Source: Myxococcota bacterium
GTDB lineage: Bacteria; Myxococcota_A; UBA796; GCA-2862545
Assembly: GCA_039208735.1 (NCBI GenBank)
Contig: JBCCQY010000176.1
Location: 1-19,236, forward strand
Direction: 5' to 3'
DNA: 19,236 nucleotides
How positions within the stretch are numbered: the first letter of the stretch is position 1; each line of letters starts with the position of its first letter. Made by a program: the position numbers and the translations under genes. Of this stretch, positions 1 to 9,370 are shown piece by piece. The notes below the pieces were generated by a model. It ran no database searches. It was not told where the DNA came from and saw only the letters and a program-made list of their open reading frames with translations.

Positions 1-2
1 AG

Positions 3-1226
3 GCCGCAGGAGCCTACAAGTCTTTTGGCGAGCCATTTACCCGGACGTTCCCCTCGCGCGAAAACCAAGAGGCCATGGAAGCCATCGTTCGTGAACTGCA
101 CGAGCAGTTGGTGGCGGGCATCGCCGATGGTCGCGAACTCCCTCCCGAACAAGTGCAGCGGTGGCTCGAACGGGCTCCGTTGTCGGCTGATGAGGCTCTA
201 GAGGCCGGATTCGTCGACCAGCTCGCCTACTCCGATCAGGTTGAGGAGTGGCTTAAGGAGCGGCATGGGAGCGAGACATCCCTGCGCTCGTTTGGGGCTT
301 GGAGTCGTCTGGACGGGGCACGTCGTTGGTTTGGTCGCTTTGGCGGTCCGACCACCCAGGTGGCGGTGGTCCATCTCCAGGGCCCCATCGTCGTTGAGAA
401 CCAGGCGCGAGGGGCCGCGATCGCTGCGCGCGATGTCGTGCCCATGCTCCGGGGGCTGCGGAAGGACGACCGCGTCGGTGCTGTCGTCCTCCATGTCAAC
501 AGCGGCGGAGGTAGCGCACTCGCGTCAGACTTGATGTGGCGCGAGGTCGACGAACTCGCCCGGACCAAGCCGGTGGTCGCAGCCTTCGAAGACACCGCTG
601 CATCCGGTGGCTACTACCTGGCCGCCCCCGCGGCCGAGATTCTGGTTCGGCCCGGAACGCTCACAGGATCCATCGGAGTGTTCGGCGGAAAGGTGGTTGC
701 CGCGGGTGGTTTGTCGAAGCTTGGCATCCACACTCGAGAGATCCTGGCTGCCCCCAACGCGAACCTGTTTTCTGCGGGGCGTGGGTTTACCCCGGCCCAG
801 CGGGTTCGCTTCAAAGAGTCGCTCGAGCGCACCTATGCAGGCTTTGTGAAGCGCGTTGCGGACGGGCGAGGGCGTCCTGAAGACGAAATCGAGCCGTTCT
901 GCCGGGGTCGCGTCTGGACGGGACGAGCCGCCCTCGGTCACCATCTGGCCGACCAAGTGGGCAACGTGCGCACCGCGGTCAAGCGGGCCCGCGACCGGGC
1001 GGGATTGGCCGACACGCCCATCGCGGTGCGCCATCTCTCCAGCTACAGCATGTCGATGGTGTCGCGGGTGCTCAAGCGCGTACGCCCCAGCTTTATGGCT
1101 GAATTTGCTCCCCATTGGGTGCAGACCTGGCTTCGCTCGCTGCCGAGTTCGCGCTGGCTCGATTTGGTGCTCAACCATCCCGAGCAAGCCCTGGCTCTGC
1201 TGCCGTTCGACCTCAAGGTCCGCTGA
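3..1226 (+). CDS. sppA: Signal peptide peptidase SppA (protease IV, peptidase S49, 67K tandem-domain type), 5'-truncated by the window edge
   Basis: The frame is open from position 3 (AAGAYKSFGEPFTRTFPSRENQEAM...) and contains the N-domain YKS catalytic-Lys motif. The C-domain has VVLHVNSGGGSALASD, AASGGYY (catalytic Ser), TLTGSIGVF and GRVWTG. The ATG at 75 is internal. Confidence 0.93.
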   Translation, partial: AAGAYKSFGEPFTRTFPSRENQEAMEAIVRELHEQLVAGIADGRELPPEQVQRWLERAPLSADEALEAGFVDQLAYSDQVEEWLKERHGSETSLRSFGAWSRLDGARRWFGRFGGPTTQVAVVHLQGPIVVENQARGAAIAARDVVPMLRGLRKDDRVGAVVLHVNSGGGSALASDLMWREVDELARTKPVVAAFEDTAASGGYYLAAPAAEILVRPGTLTGSIGVFGGKVVAAGGLSKLGIHTREILAAPNANLFSAGRGFTPAQRVRFKESLERTYAGFVKRVADGRGRPEDEIEPFCRGRVWTGRAALGHHLADQVGNVRTAVKRARDRAGLADTPIAVRHLSSYSMSMVSRVLKRVRPSFMAEFAPHWVQTWLRSLPSSRWLDLVLNHPEQALALLPFDLKVR

Positions 1227-1229
1227 CGG

Positions 1230-3278
1230 CTACTCCTCGCCGTAGAGCCAGTGGTACCGCATCACGTAGCCGAGCACGCCTTTCACGTAGCGTCGCGTCT
1301 CGGTGTAGCTGATGTCTTCGGACCACTCGTCGAACGAGGGACGCCCTGCGCCCGCTTCGTCGAGCCAGCGACGGACCACTTCTTCGCCCGCATTGTAGCT
1401 GGCGATCATCGCGGGAGCGCTGTTGGGGTCGAGCGTTTCACGAAGCGTCTGGCTGCGGTCGACGAGTTCTTGCGTGCCCAGCGCCGCGTTGTAGGGGGCA
1501 AGATAGAGATCATCCGCATCGTAGCCACGGCCCGCAAATAGGCGTTCGTGCAGCGTCGCCCCGACCTCGGGCATCAGTTGCATGAGCCCCCGCGCTCCGA
1601 CGGCCGAGGTCACGCTGGGATCGAGCGCGGATTCGGCCCACATGACCGCGTAGGCCACCGCGGGGTCGAGGCCCGCCTCCGAGGCGTAGCGCTCGACGAT
1701 CGCCCGCTCGGGGCGGGGCAGGCACGCTTGCTGGGCTACCGTGTCGCCTGGTTTCCAGGGTTTTGCCGCGTAGCGGCACGCCAAGCGGGACGCGCGCCGA
1801 TAGTCGCCGGCTCGGATGCGGTCGTGCGCCACGGCCATGGCGGCATCGCGCTCGGTGGGCTTAGGAAGCGTGTCGAGTTCGTCCTTTGCGAAGCTTCGAA
1901 GACCCACCGCGAGGAGGGCCTGGGCGCGTTGCACCTCGGACTTGCTCGCCCACGCTTCGGGGTACGCGGGCGGCTCAACGTCAGCCCGCACCGGAAAGCG
2001 CTTTCCGAGCCGTTGGGCTGCGAACCACGCGTACCCAGACCCAGGCCACCGTTCGAGCACGTTTTGCAGCCCTTTACGCTCACCCTCGGCGTCGCCATCC
2101 AGGCCCTGCGAACGGGCTCGCCAGTAGGCACCACCTGGAGCGAGCGAGGATCGAGGACGCTTGGCCTGCAACGTCTCTAACAGCGCGATGGACTTCTTAC
2201 GGGCGCCGGCCTTCCAGTGGCACCGAGCCTCGAACCAAAGTGCCTCATCGAGGTGCTTCGAGGCTGGATAGGCTTCCCGATGGGCTTCGAAGAGCGGAAT
2301 GGCATCGATGCACTTCGCTCGGTCGTATTCCATGTAGCCAAGCTTGAAGCTTGCAAAGTCGGCTTGGGAGGTCTTCGGGTGAATCCCAATGACGCGACGG
2401 TACACGACCGCGGCAGTGTCGTAGTCGCCCGTTCGGGCATGACCAAGGGCGTATTCGAACAGCTCCTTGGCATTTCCTCGGGCCTCTGCCGGAGCCCCGT
2501 AGGCGTTCTCCCACGCCCGTAGGGCCCCTTCGTAATCGCGGGCCGAGTAGTGCACGTGCCCCAGCTCGACAAACCCGATGCGGTCGCTCGGCGTCACGCC
2601 ATCGTACACCTCTTTCGCAAGAGCCAGCGCATCTTCCGTACGCCGGTAGTCATGAAGGCTTGCAAGGCGGCGCTGAAGCAACGCACGGCCCTCTGACGAC
2701 TCGAGGTCGCTCGCCGCGATGCCCAGTTGGGAGAGCCGTTCCGCCGCGCGGGTGTCCCAGCCGCCGGGGCGAGCGTCGGCGTAGGCGTTGCGCAATGCCT
2801 CGATCATCTCCTTGGTGCGGCCTTGCACGCCATAGCCTTCGGCGAGCCAGTACCGAGCTTCGGAGGCGAGTTCGGTCTCATCGAGGCTGCGCAGGAGCTG
2901 GGCGCCTTGTTCATCGCCTCGTTCCCACAACAAGCGACCGCGCCACAGCAGCACCTGGCGTCCGGCTCGACCCGGAGGCGGCTCGCCCTCGAGAACGGCT
3001 AGCGCTTCCGCCGGGCGTCCCAGCGCAGCCAGCGCCTGGGCGCGAATCAGCATCGCATAGCCTGCAAGGTCGCCTTCGGAATCCAGGGCTTCGAGGGCGG
3101 CTTCGGGCGCACGTTCTCGAAGCAGACAGAATCCCCGAGCCAGCGCACGAGCCTGGGCCGTGCGCCGGTCTTCGGGTTCCGGCAGCGACGCCATCTGATC
3201 CAGGGCCGTACCGCAGTCGCCGAGCGCGATGGCATCAGCCACCGACGACGGGGTGGCAGACCAAGCCGGCACCACCAT
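1230..3278 (-). CDS. TPR-repeat soluble lytic transglycosylase (Slt70-like, GH23)
   Basis: The C-terminal SLT domain has VMWAES (catalytic Glu), SAVGARGLMQLMP, SYNAG and ETRRYVK. Helical TPR-like repeats lie upstream (YDTAAVVYRRVIGIHPKTSQADFASFKLG; AIPLFEAHREAYPASKHLDEALW). The ORF track start (3611) lies inside the upstream gene. The real start is probably ATG 3278, TTG 3281 or CTG 3296, ahead of a signal-like LWLMVVPAWSA. Confidence 0.88.
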   Translation of the reverse strand: MVVPAWSATPSSVADAIALGDCGTALDQMASLPEPEDRRTAQARALARGFCLLRERAPEAALEALDSEGDLAGYAMLIRAQALAALGRPAEALAVLEGEPPPGRAGRQVLLWRGRLLWERGDEQGAQLLRSLDETELASEARYWLAEGYGVQGRTKEMIEALRNAYADARPGGWDTRAAERLSQLGIAASDLESSEGRALLQRRLASLHDYRRTEDALALAKEVYDGVTPSDRIGFVELGHVHYSARDYEGALRAWENAYGAPAEARGNAKELFEYALGHARTGDYDTAAVVYRRVIGIHPKTSQADFASFKLGYMEYDRAKCIDAIPLFEAHREAYPASKHLDEALWFEARCHWKAGARKKSIALLETLQAKRPRSSLAPGGAYWRARSQGLDGDAEGERKGLQNVLERWPGSGYAWFAAQRLGKRFPVRADVEPPAYPEAWASKSEVQRAQALLAVGLRSFAKDELDTLPKPTERDAAMAVAHDRIRAGDYRRASRLACRYAAKPWKPGDTVAQQACLPRPERAIVERYASEAGLDPAVAYAVMWAESALDPSVTSAVGARGLMQLMPEVGATLHERLFAGRGYDADDLYLAPYNAALGTQELVDRSQTLRETLDPNSAPAMIASYNAGEEVVRRWLDEAGAGRPSFDEWSEDISYTETRRYVKGVLGYVMRYHWLYGEE

Positions 3279-3292
3279 CAACCAAAGCGCGG

Positions 3293-6200
3293 TCAGAATG
3301 AACCTCCGAGCTGGATATAGAAGGGACGAGTACCCTCGTTGGGACGGATCCCGCCCTCCGTCAGGCCCACCGCATAGCCCACTCGGCCGGTCAAGCCGAT
3401 GCCCCAAGCCACAACGAGGCGCCACTGGATCTCGGCTCCCACCCCGACCAGCGGGTTCGCGATCGCGGCCTCCCCCCATTCCTGCAGTCGGGCCGGGCCT
3501 CCGGTCCCAAGTGATGGGTTGTTGAACGCGTTGCCCGTATCGATGAAGACCGCGGCTGAAAGGTTGCGGGCAAACACCGGTAGGGTGCCTACACCGCGGT
3601 ACACGTACCAAAGCGGAAACCGATACTCGAGCGACCCCAACCAGTAGAGGTCGCCGATGTCGAACGCCAGCGGATACCCCCGAATCATCCGTAGCGAATC
3701 CGGGCTGACCTGAAACCCGCCATCGCCGATATTGCCGCCGAGCTGGTAGTTTCCGAAGAAATCGGAGTCACCCAAGGTGATGCCTGCGGCGACGCGGCCG
3801 GCGATGACGTGATTGGGGCGCCACGGCGTCACGACGTATTGCCGCAGCTCGCTGGCGACCTGCACCTGCGTAATGCCTGTGAGGTCACCGGTTTCGAGGT
3901 CCCGTGCGAAGGTGCCGAGCCAAGGAGCCAAAAAGGACCCAACGAACGAGAACGAACGCGCATCTTCGGGGGAGATCGCCAGTGGGGTCGGCTGCGACCA
4001 GCTGTAGCGCCACCCCCCGGAAAGGGCACCTACGAAGCCAATGAGTGGCACATTGGGGCGGAACACATTGGCCGGTAAATCGAACCGAGGACGTCGATCC
4101 GTGAACGCGTATTGGGCGAAGATTCGCGTACGGAGGCGATAGGGCCAGCTGACGGTGACGAACGCCGAACTACGGCGTTCCCAGTAGATCGAAGGTGGAT
4201 CGGTCGTAAAGAGAAGCGGATTGCCTTCCTCATCGACTTGCGTGTCGTCGACGAACGAAAGCTGCGCTGCGGCGCCAACGCGGGTGGACACGCCGACGGT
4301 ATAGACGGGCAGAAATCGATTGACCGTGAAGCTCAGCCCACCGCCAAACGCGTTGGCATCGGTGCGGTAGCTCGCCGATGCAGCCAGGCCATAGCGGCGC
4401 AGCGCATCGGAAGAACTCGTGGCGAGGCTTACTTGAAGCCCCGGGCAGAAAAGCTGATCGTCGATGCAGGTGAAGGCAAAGGGTCCGCCCGAACGCGGTC
4501 CGAACGGCGTCGTGCGGATCGACGGCAGCACAAACCGAGGTCGCAGGGTGGGTAGAGGGTTGTAGCGCCGCGGGGGAATCTGGAACGGGTAGTCCTTTTC
4601 CTCGCCGAAGACGTTTTCGACCTCGGTATTGGCGAAGTTGTCGAGGCTGTCGGGGTCTTGGGGCCGAGCCCCTGGCAGGGTGAAGGGGTCCGTTGTGGCC
4701 ATTTTGCCGATGCCGACCGGAGTTCCCACCTCGTCCCAGCTCGCGGCGGGGATGGCCGTTGCCACCATTGTACCCACGAACTCCGAGAGGCTTTGTCCGT
4801 AGCGCACCGAGCGAGGAAGCTTGCCCCGAGGGCGGAACTGCTTTGGATCGAGGTCGAGAATCCGGACGTCCCATCCATCCTGGCTGTACTGCATGTAGGC
4901 CATTCGTTCGCCGGATGGATGCACGGTGGGCTTGATCGCCCCCGTGACCACATTGGTGACCTGAAACAGCTCCTCGGTGGCGAGTTTGATCGCGTAGACG
5001 TTGGGAATTCCGCTTCGATCGCTCGAAAAGTAGAGCCATTGCCCATCGGCCGACCAGACCGGGTCCGCGTCGATCGCATCGTCAGCGGTGATGCGGCGCA
5101 GTGGCTCACCCTCGGGGGTCATCAACCACAGGTCGCGCCGACCGTCCTGCCACATCGAAAGCGCGACCACCCGACCGTCGGGCGAATGCCGAGGAGTGGA
5201 GTACTGCGTATGATCGCGGTTGTTGGTCAGCGTGGAACGGCGGCGGTCTACCGTCAGGACTTCGAGCTGGTTGTCTTGGGCGCGATTCGTCACGTAGAGC
5301 AGGCGCGATCCATCCGGGGAAAAGTCGGGGTCGCGCGCCCGAGCGCCCGAAGTCAACGCCGTGTTTCCCTTGCCCAACGTGTGCATGTAGATGTCCGAGT
5401 ACACGTTGAACTGGTTGACAATGTGGGTGGAGGCGTAGACGAACGCCTCGCTGTCGGCCCGCCACGTGAAGTAGCCCGCGCCAAAGTCCTGCAGCAGCTT
5501 CTCGGGCGCGTAGCCCATCCCATCGGACATCCACAGGGCTGACCCCGTGCGCTGGTCAAAGCAGGACCAGACGAGCTTGCGGCCATCGGGCGAGAATGCG
5601 GGCGCCGAACAGCTTGCTTCTGGCGCACTGATGAGTCGTCCAACGGTTTCGCCTTCGGCACGGACCTCGGCCGCTTGGGTCAGGTAGCGGTCGGAAAGGT
5701 CTTTGCGCCATTCTCGATAAAGCCGGCGAAGCCGCTTCCCGAAGACCTTCTTGCCCGGCAGGATGAAGGGGATGGAGCTGCCGTAGGTGTGCACCCATTG
5801 CGTCCAGGCGTCACGCCCCCGATGATCGGCCACGTGCTGCATGAAGTCCTGGCCGAAGAGGTACCGGAGATTTCCCGCTGGGGGCATGGGCTGGTAGCCG
5901 TCGAGGTTGCCCAGCGGAGGAAAGGCATCTTCGACGACGGCGGCCCGCTTGATCATGTCGGGCCAGGAGGCACGTCCTCGACCCCCTGGCGTCTTGCGGG
6001 TCTCCTCCATCGTCGCGAGTCCCTCGATCATCCAGCTGGGGGAGAGATCGTTGGTCGAGGCGATGCGCCCGATCACCGCCCGCGTGGCGCGCACGATCCC
6101 ATGATTCGCTTCGAGGTGAATCACATGGGTGAGTTCGTGGGTGAAGATGGCTCGCGACCAGTCTTCGTAGAGATTGAGGGTCGAATCTTCGGTCGGCGCC

Positions 6201-6508
6201 GTCACGTAGATCGTGATGGCGTTGTAGGGCACAGACGAGGCGAAGCCGTTGGCTGCATCGGTACGGTCGATGAGGGTCAGCTCGACGCGGCCTTGCAGTT
6301 CCCACTGCAACTCGTCTCGCATCTCGTCGTAGACCTCTTCCACCATTCCGGCGAACTCGTCGGCGACTTGTTCGATGCCCTGGTGGAAGTGGATATGAAA
6401 GTGTTCGGTGCGGATCGTGCGCCAGGTGAGATCCGGGTCGTAGGTCGCGGCGTTCGCGACCGGGCTCGTGCCCATCACCCAGCTGGCCAAGAATAGAACG
6501 AGTGCCAT
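3293..6508 (-). CDS. Outer-membrane Omp85-family protein with N-terminal gluzincin (peptidase MA-like) domain and TolB-like PD40 beta-propeller
   Basis: Signal peptide (MALVLFLASWVMGTSPVANAA); HELTH followed by EGLATMEE; PD40-like repeats (SAPAFSPDG, RDPDFSPDG, STPRHSPDG, ADPVWSADG, IKPTVHPSG); barrel motifs MIRGY and FIDTGNAF; C-terminal beta-signal FYIQLGGSF. RBS-like GAGGA upstream. Confidence 0.85.
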   Translation of the reverse strand: MALVLFLASWVMGTSPVANAATYDPDLTWRTIRTEHFHIHFHQGIEQVADEFAGMVEEVYDEMRDELQWELQGRVELTLIDRTDAANGFASSVPYNAITIYVTAPTEDSTLNLYEDWSRAIFTHELTHVIHLEANHGIVRATRAVIGRIASTNDLSPSWMIEGLATMEETRKTPGGRGRASWPDMIKRAAVVEDAFPPLGNLDGYQPMPPAGNLRYLFGQDFMQHVADHRGRDAWTQWVHTYGSSIPFILPGKKVFGKRLRRLYREWRKDLSDRYLTQAAEVRAEGETVGRLISAPEASCSAPAFSPDGRKLVWSCFDQRTGSALWMSDGMGYAPEKLLQDFGAGYFTWRADSEAFVYASTHIVNQFNVYSDIYMHTLGKGNTALTSGARARDPDFSPDGSRLLYVTNRAQDNQLEVLTVDRRRSTLTNNRDHTQYSTPRHSPDGRVVALSMWQDGRRDLWLMTPEGEPLRRITADDAIDADPVWSADGQWLYFSSDRSGIPNVYAIKLATEELFQVTNVVTGAIKPTVHPSGERMAYMQYSQDGWDVRILDLDPKQFRPRGKLPRSVRYGQSLSEFVGTMVATAIPAASWDEVGTPVGIGKMATTDPFTLPGARPQDPDSLDNFANTEVENVFGEEKDYPFQIPPRRYNPLPTLRPRFVLPSIRTTPFGPRSGGPFAFTCIDDQLFCPGLQVSLATSSSDALRRYGLAASASYRTDANAFGGGLSFTVNRFLPVYTVGVSTRVGAAAQLSFVDDTQVDEEGNPLLFTTDPPSIYWERRSSAFVTVSWPYRLRTRIFAQYAFTDRRPRFDLPANVFRPNVPLIGFVGALSGGWRYSWSQPTPLAISPEDARSFSFVGSFLAPWLGTFARDLETGDLTGITQVQVASELRQYVVTPWRPNHVIAGRVAAGITLGDSDFFGNYQLGGNIGDGGFQVSPDSLRMIRGYPLAFDIGDLYWLGSLEYRFPLWYVYRGVGTLPVFARNLSAAVFIDTGNAFNNPSLGTGGPARLQEWGEAAIANPLVGVGAEIQWRLVVAWGIGLTGRVGYAVGLTEGGIRPNEGTRPFYIQLGGSF

Positions 6509-6602
6509 TGCGTCCTCACCCTACCCGACTGCCGGCCGACTCGCCGAAGTGCGCGGGCGTCGTTCGGAGGGTAGCCCCCATCCACGAGAGGAAGCTGCTT
6601 CG

Positions 6603-8681
6603 ATGGAATACCGAGGCTTTCGCCTGGACGCCTTCCAGGAGGCCGCGATCACCACACTCCGCGACGGCGGATCCGTGCTCGTCTGCGCGCCTACCGGCAC
6701 GGGAAAGACGATCATTGCGGATTGGATGGTCGACGACGCCCTGTCGAAGGGCAAACGAGTCATGTACACCGCCCCGATCAAGGCCCTGTCCAACCAGAAG
6801 TTTCGCGACTATCGCGCACTGCATGGCGAAGAGGCGGTGGGGCTACTGACCGGTGACCTCGTGATCAACCGCGACGCACCCTGTCTCGTGATGACGACCG
6901 AGATCCTCCGGAACATGCTGCTCACGGGGGACCCGCTCGACGATCTTGTCGCGGTGGTGCTGGACGAGATTCACTTCCTGGATGACCGCGAACGCGGAAC
7001 CGTATGGGAGGAAGTGCTCATCTACCTGCCCGCATCGGTTCAGATCGTGGGTCTGTCGGCCACCTTGTCGAACGTGGAGGACTTCGCGTCGTGGCTTGAG
7101 AAGGTGCGTGGCACACCGGTTCGTGTCATCGAGGAGCACAAACGCGCCGTTCCGCTCGAGTTTCACCATTTCTCGGTGGATACGGGGCTTGTCGATCCCA
7201 ACCAATACGACCGCCTCTATCGCAAGAAGCGGGCTCGAGGTCGGTCGGGAAGAGACCGATCCGGACGGGACCGGGATCGCAGGCGTGGCCGGCGCAATCC
7301 CAAGAACCGCAAGACCGGGCACATGCCCGTGTTTCATGCCATGCGGGAGCACGATCTGCTGCCGTACCTGTTCTTCGTGTTCTCGCGTCGCGACACCGAA
7401 ATCTTGGCCCGTGGCCTTTCGCAAGCCCTTCGGCGCAGCTTGCTCACACCAGACCAGATCGCAGATAGCGATCTGATGATCGCCGAGACCGAGGTCGAAC
7501 TCGGCCACCCGATCGAAGATGACCTGCGACGCATGTACCGCAAAGGGGTCGCCTTCCATCATGCCGGGCTGCATGTCGGACTAAAGGCGTTGGTCGAGCA
7601 ACTCTACGAACAGCGCCTGATCCAGGTTCTGTACTGTACGTCGACGTTCGCGCTTGGCATCAACATGCCGGCTCGCTCGGTCGTGTTCGATGGGCTCAAG
7701 AAATACGATGGGCGTGTAGTCAACCCGCTCACAACCCGCCAATTCATGCAGAAGGCGGGTCGAGCCGGGCGCCGCGGCATGGATGAGGTTGGCCATGTCG
7801 TCCTACGCCTGGACCTTGACGATTACGAAGAAGCGAAGCCACATCTTGAACAATATCGTAAAGGCACTCCCGAACCGGTGCGGTCGTCGTTCAACCTTTC
7901 CTTCAACTCGATCGTCAACCTGATTGATCAACTCGATCAGGAGCGCATTCGCGACATCTTGGACCGATCCTTCCTTGCGTGGCACCTCGAACGGCGAGCT
8001 GCCGATGACGCGCGTCGGGCTGAAGTGTTGCAGCAAGAGTCCACATCCCGGAAAGAAGAGAAGGCGGCTCGCAAGCTGGCCCAGCGCGCTGAGCGACGAC
8101 GGAGTCAAGTCTGGGAAGAGTATCAGACAAAGGTGACGTTTCTGCAGAACATAGGGTATCTCGACGAAAATCTGGGATTCAATGCGGGCGCGAGGGTTCT
8201 TAAGCACGTGCAGATCGCCGAAATCTTTGTGACAGAACTGTTTCTGGAAGGCCTGCTGGAGGAACTTCAGTCCGCCGATCTCTTCGGTGTGCTCTCCGGA
8301 ATGACCAATACGCTCCCTCGTCACGCGCGTGCTTCATTCGAGATCCGTCGGGAAGAACGTGCGCTAGCGCGGCGAGTAAGCCGTGTTCGTCAGTCTTTTC
8401 CGGTGGTGGGGGCCGAGGAGCTGACCGGTATCGAGGTGGATTGGGATCCCGATGTCATGAGCCTTGGAAGACGCTGGGCAGAAGGGGTTTCCCTCCAAGA
8501 GATCCTGGCACAGATTCATTGCGAAACCGACATCAGTGGTGACCTTATCACCGGATTTCGTCGGGCGAAAGACCTGGCATCCCAGCTCAAGGATGTCTAT
8601 ACGGACGTACCTGAAAGGGTCACACAACTCAAACGCCTGGTGATCGAAGTCAGTCGCGACGAGGTCGAGGTGGTAGGTTGA
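6603..8681 (+). CDS. helY: Ski2-like DEAD/DEAH-box RNA helicase (HelY family)
   Basis: APTGTGKT, PIKALSNQK, LLTGD, MTTEILRNML, DEIH, LSAT, FVFSRR, AFHHAGL, TFALGINMPA, QKAGRAGRRG and a DSHCT-like C-terminus (GDLITGFRRAKDLASQL). The start is set at ATG 6603 behind GAGAGGAAG; the track start 6468 overlaps the divergent gene. Confidence 0.9.
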   Translation: MEYRGFRLDAFQEAAITTLRDGGSVLVCAPTGTGKTIIADWMVDDALSKGKRVMYTAPIKALSNQKFRDYRALHGEEAVGLLTGDLVINRDAPCLVMTTEILRNMLLTGDPLDDLVAVVLDEIHFLDDRERGTVWEEVLIYLPASVQIVGLSATLSNVEDFASWLEKVRGTPVRVIEEHKRAVPLEFHHFSVDTGLVDPNQYDRLYRKKRARGRSGRDRSGRDRDRRRGRRNPKNRKTGHMPVFHAMREHDLLPYLFFVFSRRDTEILARGLSQALRRSLLTPDQIADSDLMIAETEVELGHPIEDDLRRMYRKGVAFHHAGLHVGLKALVEQLYEQRLIQVLYCTSTFALGINMPARSVVFDGLKKYDGRVVNPLTTRQFMQKAGRAGRRGMDEVGHVVLRLDLDDYEEAKPHLEQYRKGTPEPVRSSFNLSFNSIVNLIDQLDQERIRDILDRSFLAWHLERRAADDARRAEVLQQESTSRKEEKAARKLAQRAERRRSQVWEEYQTKVTFLQNIGYLDENLGFNAGARVLKHVQIAEIFVTELFLEGLLEELQSADLFGVLSGMTNTLPRHARASFEIRREERALARRVSRVRQSFPVVGAEELTGIEVDWDPDVMSLGRRWAEGVSLQEILAQIHCETDISGDLITGFRRAKDLASQLKDVYTDVPERVTQLKRLVIEVSRDEVEVVG

Positions 8682-9370
8682 CAATACGGAGGATCGCGAA
8701 GCTGCGACGCGACGACGAAAACGGAGAGCTTGAGCGGATCCGAACGTTGTTCCTGCAGATGTGCGTCCGTGCCGAATCCATGGTGCGGCTCGCGGTCCGT
8801 AGTGTGGTGGACCGCGACCCGTCGCTGGGCCGCTCGGTGATGGGTGCCGATCGCGAACTCGACCAACTTGAAATCGACATCGATTCGAAGTGCTTTGCCT
8901 ATTTGGCGCAACGCAAGCCCGTGGATCGGGAGCTTCGCACGATCACGACCATCATGAAGATGGTCACGGATCTTGAACGCATTGGAGACCTTTCCGTGAA
9001 TGTCGCGGAGCGAGGTCTTGAATTGTCTGCAGGAATTGGGCTCGAACCCGGTACTGACCTTCGCACCATGGGTGAGGTCGCGTCGGACATGGTTCGCATG
9101 GCCGCCGACGCCTTTCTCGAAGCAAGTTCGCCGTTGGCACGTCAGCTCATGGCGCAAGACCAGCGCGTCGATGACCTCAATCGCGAGATTCTTCAGAAAT
9201 GGCTCGCGGCGATGGCCGCCCACCCCGATCAGGCCAATCGCGCGCTCGCGATCACCAGTATGTCGAAGTACATCGAGCGCATTGCGGATCACGCGTGCAA
9301 CCTGGCTGAGATGGTCGTGTTCCTGGTCGAGGGCCACGACGTGCGCCACTCCAAGTTGACCCAGACTTAG
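8678..9370 (+). CDS. phoU: Phosphate signalling complex protein PhoU
   Basis: Two PhoU repeats: ELDQLEIDID...TDLERIGDLSVNVAE and DQRVDDLNREI...KYIERIADHACNLAEMVVFLVEGHDVRH. The TTG start overlaps the helicase TGA (TTGA), with GAGG upstream. Confidence 0.95.
   Translation: MTIRRIAKLRRDDENGELERIRTLFLQMCVRAESMVRLAVRSVVDRDPSLGRSVMGADRELDQLEIDIDSKCFAYLAQRKPVDRELRTITTIMKMVTDLERIGDLSVNVAERGLELSAGIGLEPGTDLRTMGEVASDMVRMAADAFLEASSPLARQLMAQDQRVDDLNREILQKWLAAMAAHPDQANRALAITSMSKYIERIADHACNLAEMVVFLVEGHDVRHSKLTQT

Noticed and set aside
3297..3611. Long N-terminal extension of the SLT ORF overlapping the Omp85 gene
   Set aside because: The sequence is Arg/Gly/Pro-rich off-frame translation, and the signal-like segment begins only at the upstream gene's stop.
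8678..8706. Perfect TTGACA -35 hexamer at the helY/phoU junction
   Set aside because: There is no -10 element at the proper spacing; it coincides with the stop/start overlap.
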